From Eledone cirrhosa (taxonomy: Eukaryota), in assembly GCA_964016885.1 (NCBI GenBank), contig CAXHJY010000939.1:1-30924 (forward strand): a stretch of DNA of 30,924 bases, written 5' to 3'. Within the stretch, counting starts at the first letter, position 1. Every line of letters begins with the position of its first letter. The notes under the pieces were generated by a model that searched no databases, had not been told where the DNA came from, and saw nothing but the letters and a program-made list of their open reading frames with translations. The translations under genes and the position numbers were made by a program. Below are positions 21,017 through 30,924 of the stretch, one piece after another.

Positions 21017-21190
21017 GACACAGCTAGAGACTTATAGAATACTTAGCTGTGTACAGGAACTGGTTTGAAAGAGCGGTTGCCGGTCCGGCAGAAATTAGAA
21101 TTTGGATATAATGCTCTGAAATAGCGATATATATGTGAAGACAAACATAGAATATTCGAAAATATTCTGTATGTTTATAATAAACATTTC

Positions 21191-21375
21191 GCAAGGAATT
21201 GGGCATATCAGAGTATTGACAATATCATACACCTAAACAACATATGTACTTGTCTATACCATACTAATTCAAACTGCCTGAAGAGGTCACAGCCAAAGAT
21301 GGCTGTCACTGAAATATATATAGCAGTAATAAACGAAGCTAAATTGTAATCATTTGACTTTTATTTAACTTTATT
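21191..21375 (+). repeat. 5' pseudo-LTR of D
   Basis: Direct repeat of 25295-25479. Confidence 0.95.
21273..21327 (+). ncRNA. Type I hammerhead in 5' pLTR of D
   Basis: ACTGC-CTGAAGA-GGTcACAGCCA aaga TGGCTGTcACT-GAAA-TATATA-TA^GCAGT, immediately followed by AATAAA. Confidence 0.88.
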
Positions 21376-21529
21376 TTACACTACTCCGGAGTAACCAAAC
21401 CAACCTGCGCACTCCGTCGAGTGCTCCAGCCTGCATACTGAGGTGTTGGTATACAACCAACATAAACTCAAAATCTATCTAGCTCCCACACGGGTTGAGC
21501 GCTTCAAACAGTAGCGGACCTAAGTCACT

Positions 21530-24205
21530 ATGGATAAACTGGCAACCTTAGCGTCACTGAAGGACATCCCCCTACCTGATAAACGAGAATACACCAGTGA
21601 TCTCATCAAGAGTACGGACTCCCTCATCCGTAGGATGAGATGGAAGGCGTTCCACTTCGAAAGAGGAACGCAGAAAACTATAAACACAGAAAACATGGAG
21701 TACCTTTTTCGATCAAGGAGGAATCCCCCCCATAACAGACTAATGGAGGAGTTTGAAAACGAGATGATTAACATCATATCCAACCTCAAATTCTCCGGAA
21801 ACCCAACCAGAAGTCAGGAGTACCTCAGATACCTGAGAAACCGGATTACAGTACTTAAAGGGACAACTGGAATACTTGTCCATGCTGACAAAACAAACAA
21901 CCTCTACAACATGAACACTGAACTGTACAATAAGCTAATCCTCAGGGAACTGAGGAAGTGCTACAAAAAACACCTGGATTTACCCTGGATGAGATCAATG
22001 CCACAGCTTACAGGATTATATCCAGAATCGGCATAGAGGACAGGACGGCCCCATACCAACCAAGGGAGCCGCGGATTACCCTTAAAGACCACAAGTCAAA
22101 CTTTGAGTCCGACCTCCCTGTCAGACTAATAGCCCCCTCCAGATCTGACCTAGGGATCGTCAGTAAAAGAATACTGGATAGGATTTTGCCCAAGCTTCGG
22201 AAAAAAACCAAATTACAGCAATGGTCATGCACGAGAGAAGTAATAGAATGGTTCAAAATACTGCATGAGAAAAGTAGGACCAGCTTTATACAACTGGACA
22301 TCGCAAGCTACTACTCCTCAATCTCACCCATAGTACTTAATAAGGCCCTATTTTTAGCGATGTCCAATACGGACCTAACCCGAGAAGAGGTGAGCATCAT
22401 CCACGCCGCAAGAAAGACCTTAATCCGCTTCGATGGAGACCTGTGGACCAGGAGTGATTGGCCAAATAACTTTGACATCACGATGGGCTCCAGCGACTCA
22501 GCGCAGGTAACGGACCTGGTTGGGCTCTACCTGCTGAAGCAGATAAAAGATGAAATCCCCTGCCTGGGCGGCGGATTATATCGTGACGATGCTCTATTCA
22601 CAGTACATGACCACAGCACCAATATGTTGGAGGGTATGAGGAGGCGTATTCGCCATTTCTTTAAGAACCAGGGGCTCAGCATAGAAATAGACCCAAATAG
22701 GAAGGTAGTTAACTTCCTAGACACCACCCTAAACCTGAACACCGAGCAATACTACCCCTACCACAAGCCCAACGAGAAACTAGTATATGTTAACGCCAAA
22801 TCAAACCACCCTAGATCCATAACCAAGGCAGTGGTGAAGAGTGTCTCGGACAGGATCTCCAGCCTGTCCGCAAGTAAGGAAATATTCAACAACCACGCGG
22901 AATATTACAACGCAGCTCTAAAGAAGGCGGCACATGGACAACATATAACATATAGTCCGAAAAGCCGGGAGGTGGATAGCCCAACAGACACCCACAACCG
23001 CGTTACCAGAGGGGGGAGGGCGAACCCTAACAATACAGGCAGAGCAAAATCAAATAGGCACCATGTACCAGACACCACCACACGGGCGGTGGGGACTAGT
23101 GCGCTTGACCACGAGATGGAGCACAATATGAGTAGCAGTCTCAGGCGTGATGCTAACTACCCCAGGACGGACAACCCCAACCGCAGGACACGTGGGGGGG
23201 GGGGAACGGGCGACCACCCCACGATGGATCTCCCGGGGCAGACAACAACCACCCCACAAATCCGGGCCGTGAAGATAACAAAAAGTATAGAGCCCAAAAG
23301 GGAAGCAACAGTGCGGAAACCACCAGCAAACCAACAAATCTCCAACAAATCACGAAGCCCCCAACCCACACATATAGGAGGAGACACCGACAAATCACGT
23401 GGTACAACCCACCCTACTCAGCGGCCCTAAAGAAAAGCTTGGCCCGATTGTTCTTTGGAGCACTTGACAAATGCTTCCCGAGGGACCACAGATACCACAG
23501 GATCTTCAACAGACACACTGTGAAGCTTTCGTATTCCACCACGAGAAATTTGGCCCAACACATAGCTAGCATCAACAGAAGTAGGCTTAAAAACCACACA
23601 CAACCAGAAGATAGCAATACAAACACTCAGCAGAACCATGTGAAAGGAGGGAAGGGGGTCCCAGAGCCCACCCAAGAAACACAAACAGACCCAAGGACCC
23701 CCCACCGAGCATGGGGGAAGACCAACATGTAGCACATAATGAGAACCCTAATCTAAGCACGCAGAGGCCGCCCACCCTCTGCAACTGTAGAAACCCCGAA
23801 TCATGCCCCCTTGGTAATGAATGTCTCAAGAAGAACATAGTGTACGGTTGTAGGGTTAAAACTCCCAACTCCGAACACCTCTACATAGGAGCCACATCAA
23901 CGAGCTTTAAGGACCGCTGGTACAACCATCGCCATTCATTCAAGAAGGAGGCCAAAAGGAAAAACATAGCTCTCTCCGACCTGATCTGGAAGCTTAAGCT
24001 GGACAGGACCCCATACTCTCTGGCCTGGTACATAATCAGGAAAGTACCATCCGATAAAGGGGGATCTTGCATATGCAAACTATGCCTGAATGAGACCCTC
24101 GAGATACTAAGAGGTGGAAGCGGCCTGATAAACCCCAGAACCGACTTCTTCGGGACATGCAGACACCTTAGAGCCTGGACATTTCTCAAAATATATGGAC
24201 AGTAG
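21530..24205 (+). pseudogene. PLE RT + GIY-YIG ORF broken by three -1 frameshifts
   Basis: [140 protein letters not shown]. Confidence 0.92.
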
Positions 24206-25294
24206 CAACACAAGAAGATGTGAACTCCCCTCAAGCTATAGGGACTTCTACAGAACATGAAAACACCTCTCGGCCAGACCTCCCTCAAGCTATATGGACA
24301 ATTACAACACCCTAGGTTGTGAACTCCCCTCAAGCCATAGGGAACAACCCAGGCGGAGCAGACACCATGATAGCCTAGACATAGAATCGGACACAGCCAT
24401 AATAATCTGGCCAACATCTATAACACAAACACTTTTAATTTACCAGATTTCTGACTTTAAAGTTCCAATCTTAAATCTTGATTTCTCTTTATTAATTTGT
24501 TATTTGTTTTCTGCCCTCTTCACTGTATAACCTTATATTTATTTTAAGTTGAGATAGATTATAACACAAACACATTGAATATCTCATCTTAACATCTTGT
24601 ATCATACCAATCTATCCAACATATTCTGACCTTGAGATTGGTTATAGCACACACACACTTTATCCTACATTATTTCTCACTTCTCCATATACATTATCAT
24701 TACTTTTTCACCAATCTCCCATTTACTCTTTATTCTTTATTCTCTATTTATTTATTTATTTTCAAATTACACAAATTATATTAATTATTTTATTTTATTA
24801 TATTATTTATTTATCTTCTGTTTTCTTCATTTATTGCCTTATATTTCTTCATATACATGAAATAACCCCCCCCCCCCACTACGATGGTGGCGGGCGGGAT
24901 GAAGAGAAAACACAAACTGAATACTTCTAAATTGTTAGCAGTAGCAAGGTATAAGCTGACCACTACAACAACAACAGTACCAAAATAATGGTGGAGGTCA
25001 AATGTACTGAACAATAGCAGGCATAAACACTACAGGGAGCCTCACCCCAGAAAGAATTCTATAGACTTCTGACTGAGGAATGCTCTCAGAACTGAACAAT
25101 GGGAAGTTTGACACATTTTTTGATATTTTGTTCCTTCAACACCTTGTCCCTTCTACCATTTTATCAATTTTTAAGCTAACTCCAACAATGACAACACTAA
25201 TAACTGACCAATGAGAGGAGAAGGGGACCTGTGACACGAAAATTCGTTTGTTTGAATTCATATGACTCCAGTTCCCCAGTGAATTAACAACCCA

Positions 25295-26582
<1,288 letters not shown>

Positions 26583-27195
26583 TTATGTCAGGTCACCAGT
26601 TGGTGCTACTGGTAACATGTATCCCAGTACAACCTGTCTCATGGTCGGGTCGTTGGCGACTAAACTGGCAACCCCACCAAGGTTTCTTGGTGAGGAGGGT
26701 GACTTTGGACATCCTGCAGGACTAAAAACAAAACCTGTCAAAGGGCAAGGGAGCTCATAAGACTCAATAGCCATCCAAAATCACCGGGAGAGATGACCCC
26801 TTAGCCTTTGTCAAGGCAGAATTCTAGGAGAAGGAAAACTCTGATATAACACCTGCAACCCTGATGGTATCCAATGATGTTGACTTGTTCTTCTTTTTGG
26901 TAAATATCATCTTGGTTAAGAGAGTGGGACTGGCTTTGTGCAGTGCCATTGCTCACTATAAAAGCTTCACAGCACAGGCATTGCTTTATATCTGGAGATC
27001 TCTCTGCACTTGTCATCACATGGTACCATGGGCCCTGCACTATGTGTCAATAATGGTCACAAGTGTAGTCTTTGTACCAGAGTTTTCAAGTCGCTGGCTG
27101 GACTAAAAAGTCACATTCGTTCAGCGCATCGGTAGGGGTTCTCCTACATGGATATAAAGTAGTGGCCGTACTCGAAAACGAGTTGGCAGCCACCA
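26583..27195 (+). mobile_element. Non-autonomous RTE-derived element, copy 2
   Basis: Matches 12492-13133. Retains a complete C-x2-C-x12-H-x4-H ([23 protein letters not shown]). Confidence 0.72.
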
Positions 27196-27433
27196 TATAT
27201 ATATATATGTATATATATGTATGTATATATATATATGTATGTATATATATATATGTATATATATATATGCATATATATATATATGTATGTATATATATAT
27301 GCATATATATGTATATATATATATATGTATGTATATATATATGCATATATATGTATATATATATATGTATGTATATATATATGCATATATATGTATATAT
27401 ATATATGTATATTTATGTATATATATGTATATG
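27196..27433. repeat. (TA)n microsatellite with TATG/TGCA interruptions
   Basis: Direct inspection. Confidence 0.96.
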
Positions 27434-27450
27434 TAGGAGGTGAGTTTTAT

Positions 27451-27907
27451 TGTAATAATCTCTCTAATTGCAATTGCAATTGCAATTGCCCTATTAAAAA
27501 TAAATGTCCTCTCACAACCATTGTCTTGATAAAAACTTAATTTACGAATGTAAAGTTATAACTGACACCAATTCCTTCACCTATTTCGGCTCCACTTCCA
27601 CCTCTTTTAAAGCTCGTCTTTATAACCATCATTCGTCTTTAAATACAAACTTAAAAGAACCAACACGGCTCTCTCAGAACTCATATGGTCCTTGAAAGAC
27701 AAAAACATTAAATATAGCATCTTTTGGAAGAAGGTTTCTTCTGCGTCTACATTCTTGAACAGTTCTCTATCTAAAATCTGCAATCTCTGTCTAAATGAAA
27801 AAATTACCATTATCTCTAATCTAGATTGTATAATAAATAGACGCACTGACTTGTTTTCTATCTGCTTGCATAAATTCCATAAAACCTTTCACAAAGTATA
27901 CAGCTAA
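27451..27907 (+). pseudogene. GIY-YIG endonuclease remnant, two frameshifts
   Basis: [11 protein letters not shown] / [31 protein letters not shown] / LSELIWSLK..W..CNLCLNEKITI..INRRTDLFSICLH. Confidence 0.88.
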
Positions 27908-28851
27908 TATTCAATTCTTTATCAATTTAGAATCTTTTTCTCAAAGGCATATATATACACTTCTTTTAATAATATACCCATCTTTCTACCTTATTCTATA
28001 ATACTTGTTTACTCATTACTCTTACTCTATATCACCTTGTAAAAATCCTTCGTAAACATATACATTTTTTTGACGCTAGATTATTCATCCTCAATTCATT
28101 ATCCTTTCTCCCTATCATCTAACTCATTATTCTCAATACATTTTCTTTTTCTTCGCACATATTATCAAATCCTTCAATATACAAACCTTAACTTTACATT
28201 ATTTTCCTTTTCGTTAATTTTCAAATTCTATAATACTTGTTTACTCTTTCTACATCACCCATATTTATCACTTCCTTTTCTTCTCTTCTAATATCTAACC
28301 CCTAATCTGTACCATTTCTCACTCTTGCCTAACATAGAATCAATTATTACATAATACAACACATTCTTACTCTATATCACCCTGTAAAAATCCTTCGTAA
28401 ACATATACATTTTTTTTTTACGTTAGAATATTCATCCTCAATTCATTATGCTTTTCTCCTTATCATCTAACTCATTATTCTCAATACATATTAACTCCTT
28501 CTTTTTCTTTGCACATATTTTTCTCTTCGTTAATTTTCGAATTCTTTTAATTTATACATTATCTTCCAACGGTTTTCAACCTCTCTATGTAAAACAATAT
28601 ATCTTTCTCAGTTATAAAAACTATCTCTCTCTCTCTCTCTATCACCCATCTCTCCTATCTCATCCTTCCTCATTATACTCCTCCCTCTCCACCTTCACTC
28701 TCATCTCCTTTTTTATTTTTTTTTCACCCCCCCCCCTCTAAATAAAATATTTTTCCCAATATCACACATCAATCTAAAACTACTTCTCATATGTTGATTT
28801 AAAACTGAACCATCCACAAGTGTTTTGTAACCTCCATATCATGTCCTCCTG

Positions 28852-28918
28852 TTTTATCTGATGAAAACACAAATATTATTGCATGATGATATTTGTTTTT
28901 GAAATGCGCATAATAAAA
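28852..28918 (+). ncRNA. Type I hammerhead with long stem II (element E)
   Basis: TTTTAT-CTGATGA-AAACACAAATATTATT gcat GATGATATTTGTTTTT-GAAA-TGCGCA-TA^ATAAAA; palindromic ATGCGCAT stem III. Confidence 0.82.
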
Positions 28919-29022
28919 TACATGGAACTCCTTTAACCATCTTTTGTTCTTATATATTATATATATGTATATATATATATGCATATATATGTATATATAT
29001 ATATATATGCATATATATGTAT

Positions 29023-29758
29023 ATATAATATGTTGAGAAGGTAACACACCAGAGAGAGAGATTTTTCCCTGTATTATTGATAACGCACTATATATCTCTC
29101 TCTGGTGTGTTACCTTCTCAACATATTATATTTTAAAGGGCTCAGGATCTCTTCCCCTTTGAGCACATTATTTACAGGGAATAACGACGGCCTATGCCTC
29201 CGTTAATTTATCGTGATATTTCGCTCCTAATAACAGCCTTTCCTATCTCTGTTTGGTTGAGCACACTTCTCTGAGTGGCTTTGGGCTGCCCTTTCTAGCA
29301 GTTCGTCTCTCAGAGGCCACTGGTTCACTGCCCTTAAACACGCTGTGACTTCTCTCTCCCACGTGTAGCTGGACAGTCAATTGTAAAATTCTCTTAGTGT
29401 TGTCTGAAATGTATGGCCTTACACACGCTGCTGAACCGAGACTAGACCATTTCTTTCAACAAATTTTTTGGTGAAACATATCTTTGGATTTGTACGTGTT
29501 ATATAGTTATAGAGGTATTTATTTACGCTTTAATTTATATTTTTAATTATCGTGTCTATAGTCTGCCTTTCATAGGTTATAGATTCTATACACTGGTGGT
29601 TTTTTCCCTGTATTATTGATAACGCACTATATATCTGTCTCTGGTGTGTTACCTTCTCAACATATTATATTTTAAAGGGCTCAGGATCTCTTCCCCTTTG
29701 AGCACATTATTTACAGGGAATAACGACGGCCTATGCCTCCGTTAATTTATCGTGATAT
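29023..29758. mobile_element. Unclassified non-coding element: 539-bp unit in 1.3 tandem copies plus an inverted terminal piece
   Basis: Direct repeats at 29062-29219 and 29601-29758 (1 mismatch seen). 29023-29059 is the reverse complement of 29095-29131; (TA)n flanks. Confidence 0.6.
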
Positions 29759-30177
29759 ATATGTATATATATATATATATGTATATATATGTATATATAT
29801 ATATGCATATATATGTATATATATATATGCATATATATGTATATATATATATGTATATATATGTATATATATATATATGCATATATATGCATATATATGT
29901 ATATATATATATATGCATATATATGTATATATATATATACATATATATGTATATATATATATGCATATATATGTATATATATATATGCATATATATGTAT
30001 ATATATATATGCATATATATGTATATATATATATGCATATATATGTATATATATGCATATATATGTATATATATGCATATATATGTATATATATATATGT
30101 GCATATATATGCATATATATATATATGTATATATATATATGCATATATATGTATATATATATATATGCATATATATG

Positions 30178-30208
<31 letters not shown>

Positions 30209-30224
30209 GTATATATATATGTAT
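29759..30224. repeat. (TA)n microsatellite with alternating TATGCA/TATGTA units
   Basis: Direct inspection. Confidence 0.96.
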
Positions 30225-30799
30225 AGGCTTGGTAACTTGTGATAAGACGTGGTTTTCGTATCTCCAGACTTGAAATTTTGATATTTTAAATCGACAGTAA
30301 ATCGGATTTATGTATGGCTTTAAATTTTCAGAGGACAAGGAAAACATACAAAAAAGATAAGTTTTGTGCATTGACGCAATTATTTTGAAGTATAGTTTAC
30401 ATATACTACCGTTTTAAACATGTTTATTTTCACTGTGTGATACCTTCATAGGAGACAACACACACGTGCTTTCTATTTTTTCTTGACTACCATACAGAGC
30501 ATACGTAATCTAATTTTAATTTAACTTAAACAGATCTTGTATTATTTTGATTTTTCTGAGTAACATAATTTAATTTAATATAATCTTATTTGTTTTTGAC
30601 TAGGTGAGCATGTGTTTGTTGTTTCTTGTTTGATATGTTGATATTACAATAACTTCGTATATTTGTAAACAAACATTTACATTCAACTTATATACAACTT
30701 ACACCGTGTTTCTATATCTTTATGATTCCGGTTTCTTCCATTCATTAATTTAATTTAAAATTTATTTTTTATATTTATGAACTGCTATTGCTCACGCTG

Positions 30800-30924
30800 A
30801 CTCTATCTCTCTCCTTCCTTCCTTCCCCTCTCTCTCTCTCTAGATAAACGAGCTCTCTCTCTCTCCCTCTCTCTCTAGATCAACGAGCTCTCTCTCTCCC
30901 TCTCTCTCTCTCTATCTCCTCTCT
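30800..30924. repeat. (CT)n-rich repeat with duplicated CTAGAT(A/C)AACGAGCT unit
   Basis: Direct inspection. Confidence 0.9.

Larger units (their letters stand above)
20201..21191 (-). mobile_element. Hammerhead-containing 312-bp tandem array (~3.2 units); non-LTR retrozyme-like
   Basis: Units start at 20201, 20513, 20825 and 21137 and look essentially identical. They are non-coding, have many internal hairpins and carry one minus-strand HHR per full unit. Confidence 0.88.
27434..28950 (+). mobile_element. 5'-truncated Nematis-like PLE E (EN remnant + 3' UTR + HHR)
   Basis: GIY-YIG remnant, pyrimidine-rich UTR with a ~120-bp duplication (28020/28365), HHR near the 3' end, (TA)n flanks. Confidence 0.85.

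Noticed and set aside
20201-21191. CRISPR array or simple satellite
   Set aside because: Whole 312-bp units repeat with no unique spacers and no cas genes; each full unit holds an HHR.
25066-25110. CTGAGGA as an extra hammerhead core
   Set aside because: No suitably placed GAAA or stem II follows.
30225-30799. Unique AT-rich sequence
   Set aside because: No ORF, repeat or RNA motif that I can support.

Overview
Eukaryotic, probably invertebrate, non-genic DNA. Roughly half is (TA)n microsatellite interrupted by TG/TATG/TGCA, and all the Y/I/M/C/H-rich ORFs are artefacts of it. The satellite hosts a dense nest of mobile elements. There are six Penelope-like element (PLE; RT + C-terminal GIY-YIG) insertions or fragments of two types: a YRDD/CNCR 'Nematis-like' type, and a YVDD/CxxxxCxxC type with a long insertion between RT motifs A and B'. 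Five of the six carry minimal type I hammerhead ribozyme (HHR) motifs. Also present are two copies of a non-autonomous RTE-derived element with a possible HDV-like ribozyme, and an 814-bp non-autonomous Helitron whose empty site is visible in the window. The highlight is a 312-bp x ~3.2 tandem array with a minus-strand HHR in every full unit (retrozyme, a likely circular-RNA source). It is fused head-to-head to the 5' pseudo-LTR of a near-intact PLE, suggesting capture by PLE machinery. No host genes were recognised. Clade names and RNA folds were assigned by eye, not by search or computation.
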